Assembly: GCA_963850305.1 (NCBI GenBank)
Contig: CAWKKR010000006.1
Span: 32,001 to 96,000, forward strand
DNA length: 64,000 bases
Origin: an uncultured delta proteobacterium
GTDB taxonomy: Bacteria > Myxococcota_A > Polyangia > Polyangiales > Polyangiaceae
Direction of reading: 5' to 3'
Every line of letters starts with the position of its first letter. Positions within the stretch are counted from its first letter, which is position 1. Of the stretch, positions 43,951-55,465 are shown piece by piece. The translations under genes were made by a program, and so were the position numbers. The notes beneath the pieces are model-generated. The model saw only the letters and a program-made list of their open reading frames with translations, had not been told where the DNA came from and made no database searches.

Positions 43951-43993
43951 GCGCCCCCACGGACTGCCACCCGTGGGGGCGCAAACCTTTTTT
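43951..43993 (+). terminator. Rho-independent terminator
   Basis: 12-bp stem GCGCCCCCACGG/CCGTGGGGGCGC, then AAACC and a T6 run. Confidence 0.7.
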
Positions 43994-44060
43994 GCCTATC
44001 GCGGCCGGACGCGTCGAGATTGACCTTCCTTTCGCCGCATGGCACGGAGGCTTCCCTCCA

Positions 44061-45332
44061 ATGCAGGTCACGGTCCAGAAGCTGAGTCCAGTCCTCGTCG
44101 AACTCGATGTGAGCGTCGATGCCGATCGGGTGACGAGCGAGATATCGAAAGCGTACGCGACGCTCGCGAGGAGCGCCCGTGTGAAGGGCTTTCGACCAGG
44201 CAAGGCACCGAAGAAAGTTCTCGTTCACTACTTCGGGCCACGCATTGCTGCGGACGTCGCGCAACGTCTCGTCGACGACACCTTCTCCCGCGCGGTAACC
44301 GAGCAAAATATGCAGCCCGTGAATCAACCGGCGATCGAGCCGAGCGCGGTCGTGGAGAACCAGGCGTTCTCGTACAAGGCCAGGGTGGAAGTGTTACCGG
44401 ACATCGCGTCGGTCAATTACGATGGCTTCGAGGTGTCCCGGACCAAGGTGACGGTTACGGAAAAGCACTTGGATGACGAAATTGCCTCTCTCCGGCGCGA
44501 AAATTCGACGCTTGAGCCTTTGAAAGAAGAGCGCCCGTCCCGCGCGGGGGACGTGGTCACCGTCGATTATATCGTGGACGTCGGCGGCAGGGTCGTCACC
44601 GACGCTGGCGCCACCGATTTCCAGACCGAACTGGGGCATGGCGATCTTCTCACCGCAATCGATCAAGGACTGACCGGCAAGAAGGTCGGCGACCTGGTCC
44701 CGGTCGAGGTGGATTTGCCCGAGGCACATCCGCATCCGGCGCTTCGCGGAAAGCGCTCGACCTTCACCTTCACGGTGAAGGACGTGAAGGAGCGTGTATT
44801 GCCGAGCGTGGATGATGAGTTCGCCAAGGACCTGGGAGATTTCGAGACTCTCGATGCGCTGAAGAAGGACCTATCCTCTCAGGTCGAAAAGCGACTCAAG
44901 GAAGAGTCCGATAACGCGCTCGCCGAGGAACTCGTGCGAAAGCTCGTATCGATGAACCCCATCGAGGTGCCACCCTCGCTCGTGCAGCGTCAGATGCAGG
45001 TGGCCGAGCAAGAAGTCGTCCAGCTGGCGCGCCGCTCGGGGAGGCCTTCGGCGATCCCTGCCGAGCTCCGCGCCCGTATCCAGGCCGACAGCGAGATGAA
45101 GGTGCAAGCTGGCCTTCTCATGGCGGAAATCGCCAAAAGAGAAGGCATCAAGATTGGTGACCCGGAGATCGAGGAGGGACTCAAAGAGCTGGCGGAGCAA
45201 GGCGGAAAGAACCTCGCCAAACTGCGGGCGGAGTACCGCGACGCCCAAAAGCGCGAAATGCTCATCGGAATGATCCTCGAGAATAAGGTCCTCGACATCA
45301 TCGAATCCAAGTCCAAGATTACCGACGCATGA
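44061..45332 (+). CDS. tig: Trigger factor
   Basis: [14 protein letters not shown] ribosome-binding motif, FKBP-like domain and [17 protein letters not shown]; upstream of clpP. Confidence 0.96.
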   Translation: MQVTVQKLSPVLVELDVSVDADRVTSEISKAYATLARSARVKGFRPGKAPKKVLVHYFGPRIAADVAQRLVDDTFSRAVTEQNMQPVNQPAIEPSAVVENQAFSYKARVEVLPDIASVNYDGFEVSRTKVTVTEKHLDDEIASLRRENSTLEPLKEERPSRAGDVVTVDYIVDVGGRVVTDAGATDFQTELGHGDLLTAIDQGLTGKKVGDLVPVEVDLPEAHPHPALRGKRSTFTFTVKDVKERVLPSVDDEFAKDLGDFETLDALKKDLSSQVEKRLKEESDNALAEELVRKLVSMNPIEVPPSLVQRQMQVAEQEVVQLARRSGRPSAIPAELRARIQADSEMKVQAGLLMAEIAKREGIKIGDPEIEEGLKELAEQGGKNLAKLRAEYRDAQKREMLIGMILENKVLDIIESKSKITDA

Positions 45333-45351
45333 ACCGGGAGCAGAGACCACG

Positions 45352-46002
45352 ATGAAGCGACCCGAAACCAGAGCAGAAGCCCTCGATGTCCTCGAGAGGA
45401 CCCGTGGCTCCGTCATCTATCCTCATGTCGTGGAGACGACGCATCGCGGGGAACGCACCTGGGACATCTTCAGCCGGCTGCTGAAGGACCGCATCGTGTT
45501 CCTCGGCAGCGCCGTGGACGATGACGTTGCAAACATCATCATCGCGCAGTTTCTATTCCTGGAGAGCGAGGATCCGGACAAGGACGTTCAGCTCTACATC
45601 AACTCGCCGGGTGGCGTCGTCACCGCGGGGCTCGCGATCTACGACACGATGCAGTACATCCGGTGCCCGGTGAGCACGTTGTGTCTCGGGCAGGCCGCGA
45701 GCATGGCGGCCGTTCTCCTCGGAGCGGGCAGGAAAGGGCAAAGATACGCCCTGCCGCATTCGCGCGTGATGATTCATCAACCGCTCGGCGGAGCTCGCGG
45801 TCAAGCGACGGACATCGAGATCCAAGCGCGCGAGATCCGTCATTGGAAGGACGTCATCACGCAGATCCTCGTGGACCACACCGGGAAGGCGCGAGACGTC
45901 GTGACGAAGGATATCGACAGGGACTTCTACATGGGTCCGGGCCAGGCGAAAGAGTACGGGCTCGTGGACGAGATCTTCGAGAATAAGAAGAAGAAGGACT
46001 AA
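45352..46002 (+). CDS. clpP: ATP-dependent Clp protease proteolytic subunit
   Basis: [24 protein letters not shown] (catalytic Ser), MIHQP and DRD. Confidence 0.98.
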   Translation: MKRPETRAEALDVLERTRGSVIYPHVVETTHRGERTWDIFSRLLKDRIVFLGSAVDDDVANIIIAQFLFLESEDPDKDVQLYINSPGGVVTAGLAIYDTMQYIRCPVSTLCLGQAASMAAVLLGAGRKGQRYALPHSRVMIHQPLGGARGQATDIEIQAREIRHWKDVITQILVDHTGKARDVVTKDIDRDFYMGPGQAKEYGLVDEIFENKKKKD

Positions 46003-46275
46003 GGTACTCGCACACCGAGGACCCCGCGTTTCTCACCTCCAAGTCAATCGTCCCGCCCGGAATTGAACCGCGAACGAATCCTCCCCGCGTCGAGCCGGCC
46101 GTCGGGAAAGTGGAGGGTCGCCTAGACGAGGCGCGGGTCCGCGCTGCAGGAAGTGCGCGAAGGCCCCGTCGGTCGCTTGCTAGCCGCGGGCGGGCGACCT
46201 AGACTTGCTCAAGAATCGTCGGCTTTTCGTTATATTTGCTGGTCGAGGACAGGCTCTCGAGCGTAGGTCTAATAG

Positions 46276-47532
46276 ATGGTTGAACGGCGGCGTGACGAGT
46301 CCAACGGCAATCTGTGCTGCTCTTTCTGCGGGAAGTCGCAGAAGGAAGTAAAGAAGCTCATCGCGGGACCCACGGTCTACATCTGCGACGAGTGTATTGC
46401 CCTCTGCAACGACATCATCGCCGAAGAGGTCGAGAAGGACGAGCCCCACGGCGGCTCGGAGCCGATTCCGAAGCCAGAGGAAATCAAGGGGATCCTCGAC
46501 GAATACGTGGTTGGGCAAGAGCGGGCGAAGAAGATTCTCGCGGTCGCCGTCTACAATCACTATAAGCGCATAGACTCTCGCGTCGCGGCGGAGGACGTGG
46601 AGCTCTCGAAGAGCAACATCCTTCTGCTCGGTCCGACGGGCAGTGGGAAGACGCTTCTGGCGCAGACTCTCGCGCGAATCTTGAAGGTCCCGTTCGCCAT
46701 TGCGGATGCGACGACGCTCACGGAGGCTGGCTACGTCGGCGAAGACGTCGAAAATATCATCGTTCAGCTGCTACAGAACGCCGATCACGATGTGGAGCGG
46801 GCACAGCGGGGCATCGTCTACATCGACGAGATCGACAAGATCAGCCGGAAGAGCGACAACCCGTCCATCACGCGCGACGTCTCGGGCGAAGGCGTGCAGC
46901 AGGCGCTCCTCAAGATCATCGAGGGGACGATCGCGAACGTGCCTCCGAAGGGCGGGAGAAAGCACCCTCAACAGGATTTCCTGCAGGTCGACACGACCAA
47001 CATTCTCTTTATTTGCGGCGGTGCGTTCGTCGGGTTGGATGAAATCGTCGCTCGTCGGCTCGGACAGTCTCGCCTGGGCTTTGGCGCTGATATCAAGAGC
47101 AAGGACGAGCTGCGCCTCGGTGAATTGCTCGAAGCGGTGCAGCCCGAAGATTTACTGAAGTTCGGATTGATTCCGGAGTTCATAGGGCGCTTGCCGGTGC
47201 TCGCAACACTTCACGAGCTCACGGAAGAGGCGCTGATCGACATTCTCACGAAGCCGAGGAATAGCCTCGTGAAGCAGTTCCAGAAGCTCTTCGAGATGGA
47301 CGGCGTGAAATGCAAGTTCACCAAGGGGGCGCTACAGGCCGTCGCGCGCAAGGCGCTCGAGCGAGAGAGCGGCGCGCGCGGGCTCCGTGCCGTCCTCGAG
47401 GAAGCAATGCTCGACATCATGTACGAGGTCCCATCGAAGGCGAATATCAAGGAAATCGTCGTGAACGAGGAGGTCGTCGTCAAGGGCGACCTCCCGTTGA
47501 TCGTCTACGAAAAAGAAGCCGAGGTCAGCTGA
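46276..47532 (+). CDS. clpX: ATP-dependent Clp protease ATP-binding subunit
   Basis: CSFCGK...ICDEC zinc finger, [26 protein letters not shown] and LGF loop. Confidence 0.98.
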   Translation: MVERRRDESNGNLCCSFCGKSQKEVKKLIAGPTVYICDECIALCNDIIAEEVEKDEPHGGSEPIPKPEEIKGILDEYVVGQERAKKILAVAVYNHYKRIDSRVAAEDVELSKSNILLLGPTGSGKTLLAQTLARILKVPFAIADATTLTEAGYVGEDVENIIVQLLQNADHDVERAQRGIVYIDEIDKISRKSDNPSITRDVSGEGVQQALLKIIEGTIANVPPKGGRKHPQQDFLQVDTTNILFICGGAFVGLDEIVARRLGQSRLGFGADIKSKDELRLGELLEAVQPEDLLKFGLIPEFIGRLPVLATLHELTEEALIDILTKPRNSLVKQFQKLFEMDGVKCKFTKGALQAVARKALERESGARGLRAVLEEAMLDIMYEVPSKANIKEIVVNEEVVVKGDLPLIVYEKEAEVS

Positions 47533-47537
47533 CCACT

Positions 47538-50036
47538 ATGTTCTTCAAGAACGAAAACGAAAAGCCGGCAACGCCGGGCCCGCGCCGGACCCTGCCGGCG
47601 CTGCCGTTGCGGGATATCGTGGTCTTCCCGCACATGGTGTCGCAGCTCTTCGTCGGCCGCGAGAAGAGCATTGCCGCTCTCGACGAGGCGATGGCGCGCG
47701 ACAAGGAGATTTTCCTCGCTGCCCAGAAGAACGCGAAGACCAACGACCCGACTCCGGAGGACATCTATACGTTCGGGACGATCGGCGCGATCGTCCAGCT
47801 TCTACGATTGGCGGACGGGACCGTCAAAGTCCTAGTGGAGGGCCGGCATCGTGCGCGCGTGCGAAAGTTCACCGACAGCCGGGAGTTTTTCGTCGTCGAA
47901 GCCGAGGTCGTCAAGGACGACGTCGCGGACGACGTCGAAGTCGAGGCTCTGATAAGGAGCGTACAGAGCACGTTCGAGGTGTACGTAAAGCTGAACAAGA
48001 AGGTTCAGCCCGAAGTCCTCATGAGCGTCCAAAGCATCGATGACGCTTCGAAGCTGAGCGACACGATCGCGGCGAACCTGCCGACGATCAAGCTCGCGGA
48101 TCGACAGGCGTTACTCGAGATGAGCGACGCAAAGAAACGACTCGAACGCCTGTACGAGCTGATGCAGGCAGAAATCGAGATTCTTCAGGTAGAAAAGAAG
48201 ATCCGCTCCCGCGTCAAGAAGCAGATGGAGAAGACGCAGAAGGAGTACTACCTGAACGAGCAGATGCAGGCGATCCAGAAGGAGCTGGGTGGCGGCGAAC
48301 GCGATGAGTTCAAGAACGAACTCTCCGAGATCGAAGAGAAGCTCAAAGCAAAACATCTCAGTGAGGAAGCTCGCGGAAAGGTGGAGAAAGAGCTGAAAAA
48401 GCTCAAGATGATGCATCCTACGTCGGCCGAAGCGACGGTGGTCCGCAACTATATCGACTGGGTGCTAGCGCTTCCCTGGTTCGACAAGACGGACGAACGG
48501 TACGATATAGCGGAAGCCGAGAAGATCCTCGACGAGGATCACTACGGGTTGAAAAAGTGCAAGGAGCGCATCGTCGAGTATCTCGCCGTGCAGGCGCTCA
48601 CCAAGAAGCTGAAGGGCCCGATCTTATGTTTCGTAGGTCCGCCGGGCGTCGGCAAGACGAGCCTCGCGAAGAGCATTGCCCGCGCAACGGGACGCAAGTT
48701 TGTCCGCGTGTCGCTCGGTGGCGTTCGCGATGAAGCAGAGATTCGCGGACATCGGCGAACGTACATCGGCGCACTTCCGGGTAAGATCATCCAGAATCTG
48801 AAGAAGGTCGGCTCGAATAACCCGCTCTTCTTGCTCGATGAAATCGACAAGATGAGTACGGATTTCAGAGGGGACCCAGCTGCGGCACTCCTCGAAGTGC
48901 TGGACCCCGAGCAGAACCACAACTTCAACGATCACTATCTCGATCTCGACTACGACCTGTCGGACGTGATGTTCATCACGACCGCGAATACGCTCGGCGG
49001 AATCCCTCTGCCGTTGCAGGACCGCATGGAGATCATCCAGCTCAGCGGATATACGGAGTTCGAGAAGCTCAACATCGCCCTCAAGTATCTCGTGCCGCGC
49101 CAGAAGCAGGAATGCGGCCTAGAGGAAGTGGATTTCACGATGGGCGAGAACGCCCTTCGCACCGTGATCCATCACTACACGAAGGAATCCGGGGTTCGGT
49201 CGCTCGAAAGGGAAATTGCGAGCGTGTGCCGGAAGGTCGCCCTCAAGGTCGTGAAGGAGGGGAAGGAACAGCGCATCGAGGTCAAGGCGAAGGATGTCCC
49301 GACATACCTTGGTGTGCCGAAGCATCGTCTTGGAAAAACGGAAGAGCACGACGAAATCGGTCTCGTCCATGGACTAAGCGTCTCGGATTACGGTGGCGAC
49401 ATCCTCGACTGTGAGGTGACGGTCGTTCCCGGAAAAGGAAAACTCGTCATCACGGGGCTTCTGGAGAAGGGGATGGAGGAGAGCGGACAGGCCGCGACGA
49501 GTTACATTCGCTCTCGAGCGGGAGCGCTTCGGCTCGAATCTGATTTTTATCAGAAGAACGACGTCCACGTTCACTTTCCCGACTTTGTACGCAAAGACGG
49601 CCCCAGTGCTGGTGTGACCATGGCCACGGCGATTGCCAGCGCGCTCACCCGCGTTCCTGTCCGTCATGATCTGGCAATGACGGGCGAGATCACGCTTCGC
49701 GGCCGTGTCATGCCCATCGGTGGGTTGAAAGAGAAGCTGCTAGCCGCGCATCGAGGAGGCATCCGGACCGTTATCGTGCCCAAGGAGAACAGGAAGGATT
49801 TGCGTGAGATACCTCGCCGAGTCCTCCGAGCCCTCCGTGTCGTGCTCGTGGAGCACATGGACGACGTGCTCCGCGAAGCGTTGGTCCTGGAGAAGCCGGA
49901 AGATTACTTCGGGACCCGCCGCCTCGAACTCGAATATCGCGGGGGCGAACTATGGCAGGGCGACCGCGCGAGGGTACCCGGAGACGTTGGCCCGGGGTTA
50001 CCAGCGGGGACCCCGGCACATCAACCGGGCGCATGA
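47538..50036 (+). CDS. lon: Lon protease
   Basis: [36 protein letters not shown] and [11 protein letters not shown] at 47538. Confidence 0.98.
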   Translation: MFFKNENEKPATPGPRRTLPALPLRDIVVFPHMVSQLFVGREKSIAALDEAMARDKEIFLAAQKNAKTNDPTPEDIYTFGTIGAIVQLLRLADGTVKVLVEGRHRARVRKFTDSREFFVVEAEVVKDDVADDVEVEALIRSVQSTFEVYVKLNKKVQPEVLMSVQSIDDASKLSDTIAANLPTIKLADRQALLEMSDAKKRLERLYELMQAEIEILQVEKKIRSRVKKQMEKTQKEYYLNEQMQAIQKELGGGERDEFKNELSEIEEKLKAKHLSEEARGKVEKELKKLKMMHPTSAEATVVRNYIDWVLALPWFDKTDERYDIAEAEKILDEDHYGLKKCKERIVEYLAVQALTKKLKGPILCFVGPPGVGKTSLAKSIARATGRKFVRVSLGGVRDEAEIRGHRRTYIGALPGKIIQNLKKVGSNNPLFLLDEIDKMSTDFRGDPAAALLEVLDPEQNHNFNDHYLDLDYDLSDVMFITTANTLGGIPLPLQDRMEIIQLSGYTEFEKLNIALKYLVPRQKQECGLEEVDFTMGENALRTVIHHYTKESGVRSLEREIASVCRKVALKVVKEGKEQRIEVKAKDVPTYLGVPKHRLGKTEEHDEIGLVHGLSVSDYGGDILDCEVTVVPGKGKLVITGLLEKGMEESGQAATSYIRSRAGALRLESDFYQKNDVHVHFPDFVRKDGPSAGVTMATAIASALTRVPVRHDLAMTGEITLRGRVMPIGGLKEKLLAAHRGGIRTVIVPKENRKDLREIPRRVLRALRVVLVEHMDDVLREALVLEKPEDYFGTRRLELEYRGGELWQGDRARVPGDVGPGLPAGTPAHQPGA

Positions 50037-50072
50037 GGGCCCATCCATCCTCACGGGCGGGGATTGATTCAA

Positions 50073-50312
50073 TCAAGCGCCTCTCGGCGTGCCCGGAGGA
50101 GCGCTGTGCTGGCGGGGGTCTCTCGGAAGCGCGGGTGATGCGGAGCGGACCTTCAGCACGAGCTGCCATTCGACCATTTCGTCGCATCCGAGGCAGCGAG
50201 GCAATGTTTGTCCCGTGAGCATCGTCATCGCGGTGCGGCAAGGGCAGGTCGATTGGTAAATACCGTGATCAGTGGCCGCCCTGCCGGTTCTAGTGATGGT
50301 TGCTTCCCCCAT
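50073..50312 (-). CDS. Small zinc-ribbon-like protein (YjzC-like)
   Basis: TG..A...GIY.STCPC....TM..G..LPRC.GC...VEW pattern with four Cys. Confidence 0.6.
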   Translation of the reverse strand: MGEATITRTGRAATDHGIYQSTCPCRTAMTMLTGQTLPRCLGCDEMVEWQLVLKVRSASPALPRDPRQHSAPPGTPRGA

Positions 50313-50486
50313 GACGGGACGGAGGCTAGCAGGGGCCTACTTCGCACCGAGTAACAAACTCGCAGCAAGCACGTGAAAAGTGGCGACGCCAATGGCGACG
50401 CCAATGCTTTTCCGGCCGCCCCGGACTTAAGATGGGCTTTCGTCCCGCCCAAATGCGATGCGGACGAAAATTGCTCGCGGAAGATC

Positions 50487-50514
50487 TTGATCGCCCCAGA
50501 CCCCATCGTACAGT
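50487..50514 (+). promoter_or_regulatory. Putative sigma70-type promoter of tRNA-Val
   Basis: TTGATC-N16-TACAGT, ending 12 nt before the tRNA 5' end. Confidence 0.4.
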
Positions 50515-50526
50515 CGGTAACTGATC

Positions 50527-50601
50527 GGGCGGGTAGCTCAGTGGTAGAGCGCTGGCCTTACAAGCCGGATGTCGCAGGTTCGAAACCTGTCCCGCCCACC
50601 A
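50527..50601 (+). tRNA. tRNA-Val (anticodon TAC)
   Basis: Acceptor stem GGGCGGG/CCCGCCC, D arm GCTC-AGTGGTA-GAGC, anticodon arm CTGGC-CTTACAA-GCCGG, T loop TTCGAAA and encoded CCA. Confidence 0.98.
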
Positions 50602-50612
50602 GAGGAAACGCC

Positions 50613-51650
50613 TCAGTTGGTGGAAAGGCAATAGGCGGCGCTCACGGTCGCGGCAGCGCACTGGCCGTCGATGCAATAGAGCGACGCGCACTCGTTTGCA
50701 GCGCCGCAGCCGGCGAGGTCCGCTTTGCGCGGTGTGCAAGTCCCGAGAACGATCCCTGGCGATTGTGTTGCGCCGTTGCAGTAGAGCCCCGGGTCGGAGG
50801 GGCCCGTCGGATCCACGCAGTTCACGTCGGTGAAGCACGGGCCCCCGCTGGTACTGCGCGCGGCGCACGTCCAGGGGTTCGTGACGGAACTCGGCGGTAA
50901 ACAGGCGTAACCCGCGGGATTCGTGCACGACGCCAGAGCCGCCGCGCCGTTGCGCGTGTAGGTGTCCGTATTGATATTGAACGCCGGCGTGCAGCTTGCG
51001 CCGGGAGCCAAGGTGCCCGCAGTGATCCCTCGGAGACCGGTTGGCAATGCGGCCCACGCGGCGATCGTCGTATCGCAGGCGAGCGCATGCTGTTCGAAGT
51101 ATGCGAACGTCGCCTCCGCGTTTGCCGGGTCATAGCCCGAGATCGGGTTCTCGGTGACGCTGTCGAGGTAAAGCTTGTTCGCGCACGCGTCGAGCTGGTT
51201 CGCTTTACATTGTCCAAAAGTCTCGGTGGGTGAGGGGCAGCACTTCTGCTCACTCGCGCACTGAATCGTTGCGATGCGATCGCAAACAGATCCAGGTTGA
51301 ACCAGGTTGTTCGAGCCAGCGTCCGTGTTGTGGTCGAGGCTCGGGTCGCCGCCGTTGCCCGTTGTGTCACCGCCAGTCCCGACGCCCCCTGCACCCAGAT
51401 CACCCCCGGTCCCCGTACCCCCGGTCCCGATGAAACCGCCGGTTTCGACGCCGCCGCCGGTTGCGTTCGCGCCGCCGGCCTCGCCGGCGCCTCCCGCACC
51501 GCCGTTGTCCGTGCCACCCCCGCTTTCCTGGCCACCGCTCGAGGCTTGTCCGCCCGCTCCGTCACTGGCCGAAACCGTCTTTGGGCTGCAGGCGTTCGCC
51601 ATCGCCAGCACGCCAATGAGCCCACCCGCGGCCAAGGACGATCTCTTCAT
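50613..51650 (-). CDS. Gly/Thr-linker, Cys-rich lipoprotein (paralog A)
   Basis: Lipobox ANAC; long Gly/Thr linker; VCDRIATIQCASEQKCC and further Cys-rich segments. Confidence 0.85.
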   Translation of the reverse strand: MKRSSLAAGGLIGVLAMANACSPKTVSASDGAGGQASSGGQESGGGTDNGGAGGAGEAGGANATGGGVETGGFIGTGGTGTGGDLGAGGVGTGGDTTGNGGDPSLDHNTDAGSNNLVQPGSVCDRIATIQCASEQKCCPSPTETFGQCKANQLDACANKLYLDSVTENPISGYDPANAEATFAYFEQHALACDTTIAAWAALPTGLRGITAGTLAPGASCTPAFNINTDTYTRNGAAALASCTNPAGYACLPPSSVTNPWTCAARSTSGGPCFTDVNCVDPTGPSDPGLYCNGATQSPGIVLGTCTPRKADLAGCGAANECASLYCIDGQCAAATVSAAYCLSTN

Positions 51651-51703
51651 GGGATTCGCAACTTACCTAGTGGCGCGTAGTCATCCGGGATGCACTCGAG
51701 GGC

Positions 51704-52663
51704 TCAATTCGCGAGGCAGAAGGCAGTCTGTTGGTTCAAGTCGGCGCAAGTCCCACCTTTGCAAAGAAATGTCGCACACTCGTTGCCGAGCGTGCAGGAC
51801 TGTCCGACGGCCTTCCGGGGCGTGCAGGCCGAATTGGTGAGCAGGAAGGTCGCTGGGGGGTTGGGGTTGACGCAATACAACCCGTCCACGCAGTTGTTGT
51901 CCGTGAAGCATGTGCCGCCGGCGGCCGCGCGTGGCTTGCACGCCCAGTTGATCGGAAGCACGTCGGGAACGCACGCGAGCGTTGCTTCGGTACAAGACGC
52001 GAGTCGGGTTGCGTCGTCCCCCGCGTCGTTCAGTTCGTCTATGCTGGCAGGGCCGCACTTCGAACTGGTGGTTCCCGGCGCCAAAGCGCGGAGCCCGGCT
52101 ATCGACGCGCCCCATGCGGTGACGGAGGTGTCACAGGCAGCGGCTTTCTGTTCGAATGTGTCGAAGATCGCCTGCGCTCCCGCGGAGCTGTAGCCGGATA
52201 TCGTGGTCAGAGACGTTATTTCGTCCAGGTAGTCGCTGACGCAGCCCTGCTTCATGGCAGCCTTGCACGTATCGAAGTCGCGCCCTGGATTGTTGCAGCA
52301 CGTCTGCTCCGCGGCGCACTGTATTGCCGCGACGCGATCGCAAACGTCGCCAGGCGGGGGCGAGTTCCGGGCCGGGTTCGTGCCACCATCGAACACGATT
52401 GGCGCACCGCCGCCGCCGCCGTTCCCGGGGTTGCTGCCTCCGCCGGTTCCGGTGTTGCCGGTGTTGCCGGTGCCTCCGTTCTCGGCCAGGGCGCCTCCGG
52501 CGCCAGTTCCCCCGTTCGGTTCGCTCCCGGCCTGCCCCGTCGTCCCCCCGACTGCTTGCGCGCCGCCGTTGCCCGTCGGTGCGTTGGCAGCACCGGGGCC
52601 ACAACCAGCTACTAGAAAGACCAGCCCGAACCCTGCGCTCAGTCTAAGGCTTGGAAGGATCAT
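51704..52663 (-). CDS. Gly/Thr-linker, Cys-rich lipoprotein (paralog B)
   Basis: Lipobox VAGC; Gly/Thr/Asn linker; VCDRVAAIQCAAEQTCC; collinear with paralog A. Confidence 0.85.
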   Translation of the reverse strand: MILPSLRLSAGFGLVFLVAGCGPGAANAPTGNGGAQAVGGTTGQAGSEPNGGTGAGGALAENGGTGNTGNTGTGGGSNPGNGGGGGAPIVFDGGTNPARNSPPPGDVCDRVAAIQCAAEQTCCNNPGRDFDTCKAAMKQGCVSDYLDEITSLTTISGYSSAGAQAIFDTFEQKAAACDTSVTAWGASIAGLRALAPGTTSSKCGPASIDELNDAGDDATRLASCTEATLACVPDVLPINWACKPRAAAGGTCFTDNNCVDGLYCVNPNPPATFLLTNSACTPRKAVGQSCTLGNECATFLCKGGTCADLNQQTAFCLAN

Positions 52664-52678
52664 GCGTTCGCGAGTGTA

Positions 52679-55116
52679 TCAGTAATGGCGTTCCAGCACG
52701 AACCATCCGAAGGCGCGGAGCATCGTCTTCGCGAGTGTGTCTTCGATGAGCGGCTCCAGGCGACGCCATCCGGCCTCGACCATGTCGCGCGCTTCCGTCG
52801 CACACGCCTCGACGGCGCCGCATTCCTCGAGCATGTCGATGACCCGGCGAACTTCTGCAGGATCCGTCGTTTTCGCGGCGAGAATTTCCCGCAATGTCCG
52901 CCGTTCCTCGAGGCCCAGACGTGACAGCGCCTTCGCCACTGGAAGTGTAATCTTCCCGTGAGAGACGTCCTCGCCCCGGCTCTTTAGATCGCCCTTGAAG
53001 CCTCGAAGGTTGAGCACGTCGTCCACGATCTGGAAGGCGAGACCCACTGCCTCGAAGAAGCCGCCCAAGGCCTCGACTTGTTGGTCGGTGCCGCCGCCGG
53101 CAATTGCGCCGATGCGGGCGAGGCACGCCGCCGGTGCCGCGGTCTTCAGACGATGCACCGTGAGCACCCGTCGCTCCAGGTCGAGCGCGTCTCCGGATTC
53201 CACGATCGTCGGCAAAATGTCTTCGAAGCCGTCCAGATCGATGGCTTGCCCGGCGTGACCCGTGCGGAGCGCCTCGAAATAGAGTTCGTACGTGCGCACG
53301 CGATCCCGGTCCGAGAGGCTCGCGGTGTTGATGAGGTGGATGCCGAGGAAGTACGCGGCGGTGCCGGAGTTGATCGCTTGGGGTTCTCCGTAGATCGTGT
53401 GCGCGGTCGGCCCGCCACGACGCACGACGGACTTGTCTTGCACGTCGTCCACGATGAGCGAGCCGACGTGCATCATTTCCGGCAGCGCGAGCCATCGCAC
53501 AAATCGACGTGAATCCCCTCCGACGATGTCGCAACACGTGAGGGCGGCGTAGGACCGCCAGCCTTTGCCGCCTCGATCGGTGATCTCGCGGATGGGCCTT
53601 ATCAGCGTGCGACCGAGCTGCTTGAGGTCCATCCCGTCCATGTAGTGGTCGCGGGTCGGTGTCCCGATGAGGTCGCGCGCTTGCTGATACGTCGGTTCGA
53701 GCGGAATGACCTCGCGGATGGATTTACGCACCACGCGGCCAACAGCCTGGAAGTAGCTGTCGAGATCGTCGAAGTGCGTGAAGCCGCTGCGCTCCACGAA
53801 CCCGGTGCCCTGGACGTCCTTGCCCTGCAGGCGACCCTCCACCTGTACGCGGCCCTCCCAGAAGGACGACTTGGACACGAGCGTGATGAACTCTTGATCC
53901 TCGAGCGTCGCTCTCACGTCGAGCTCGATGCCCGCCTGCGGGATCTCGCAGCGCCAGCGTACCGGGTAATCGAAGAACGTCTGGGTGCTCTGCCAGTGTT
54001 CGAGCGGTTCGAAGCTCAAGTCATGGTGCAGACTTCGGTTGCCCTGGGGATCGATCACGACAGCCCACGCGCCCGCTGACTCGTTCGTCTTCACTTTCAC
54101 GAGCGGATAAACGGTGACGTCAGTGCCGTCGTCGAGTTGCGCGGAGAGCCAGTTCCAGCCGATCGCGTCGTTCTCCTTCTTCGCGCGACGTGCCTCCTGC
54201 CGTTCGGCGAGGGCCAGCAGGTCCGTCGTCGTTTCGAGCACGTCATCCTCGTCGGAGTCCATCGCTCCGTCGGGCTTGTAGCCGAACTCGTGATCGTACC
54301 AACCTTGCCCCTGCGCGACGTTCAGCTTGGTCCCGCCGCTCGTGAGGGAGCCCGATACGCGACAGCGTGGGATGAAATAGTAAAACATTCGCTCGCTGTC
54401 GGAGCCGCGGACGACGCCGTCATCGCCGTGGCGCACGGGGCGCTTCTGCGGCTCGAACACCAGATCGCACCCTACGTTCGAGTCGGCGTCGATGAGATGT
54501 AGGCGATACGAACCGTCGTCCTGCTTCCTGAACGTAGCGCCGCCATAGTCGAGGTCGAGACGACGCTCGCCGACGAAGACGCGGCCCTTGATGAGTTTGT
54601 CCGGGCTGGGTACGTTGCCTCGGGCGAGCGTCTCGGCGAGGGCACGATTCAGTCGCGGATCTTCGAGCCGAAGCCGCGCCGAAGTCGCTTCAAGCCCTCC
54701 TCGGGCGCGCTTGGATCGACGCCCGAGACGTGGACGTACTTCTTTCGTTCGACGTCGAGGATGGCCCACGTGACCGAGTGCGCGTAGTCGAACGCGCCGG
54801 TGTCGTTGTTACGTCGCTTGGCTTGCCGGAAGAACGCGGCGAAGAGTGAGAGGTGGCGCCCCTCGGTCGTCACCACGTGGGTGTTCATGTACCACCACTC
54901 GAGCGTCGACGACGCGTGCGGCAGATCGTGAACGGCCAGATCGATCACGCCGGGGCCGGGCCAATCCACCGGATTCGTTCCCTCGACTTCAGTTGCGCGC
55001 CCGCGGCTGTGTCTGCCGCTGCGAGGCTCGCCGCCTTTTGTTTCCGTTGCAGTCTGCGGAGTGGTTCTCACGTCGTCAGTTACGGCAGAAACGAGGGCTA
55101 TTGGTCGTATCGTCAT
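52679..55116 (-). CDS. CrtC/AttH-like lipocalin-fold domain fused to trans-polyprenyl diphosphate synthase; one apparent 1-nt deletion near 54661
   Basis: N-part HDLPH..STLEWWY, FYYFIPR, GWYDHEFG, GWNWLSAQLDDG, YPVRW, DQE and FWEG. C-part RGGKGWR, FARM VDDVQD..RRG, KTA and SARM FQIVDDVLN, EDVSHGKITLP. 2438 nt plus 1 gives 813 codons. Confidence 0.8.
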
Positions 55117-55465
55117 GGGCCGCGCCTCCAGCCGGAGGCATCTCCGTTACAAGGTTCGTGCCGTGTCGCGGTGCCATTTGCGGGACTCGAGCACGGCACG
55201 AAGATACACCACCGAGCCAGCGGAACCACGATCTGAGCCAATTTTATCGCGCATTCGAGGACTCGCCGCGGTAGGTCGAAATTTCCGAGATCACTGTCGC
55301 GTTATCTGGGCGCGAGTGTACCGGCGTTGCACAATGAAACGGCCAGAGGTGCGCAATGTTCGTTCAAGTGAACCGAGCCTCGCAGTTTTTCGATTTTAAT
55401 CGCAAAAGTCAGGGCATGTCGGTGAAATGGGCCATTATGGAGAGTCGTCACACATTGGAATACTC

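Noticed and set aside
50063..50075. TTGAT-TCA-ATCAA resembling an FNR box
   Set aside because: Spacer is 3 nt rather than 4, and it lies between convergent 3' ends.
51340..52560. Repetitive GC-rich tracts as a possible CRISPR or DNA repeat array
   Set aside because: They encode Gly/Thr linkers of lipoproteins; no constant repeat-spacer period and no cas genes.
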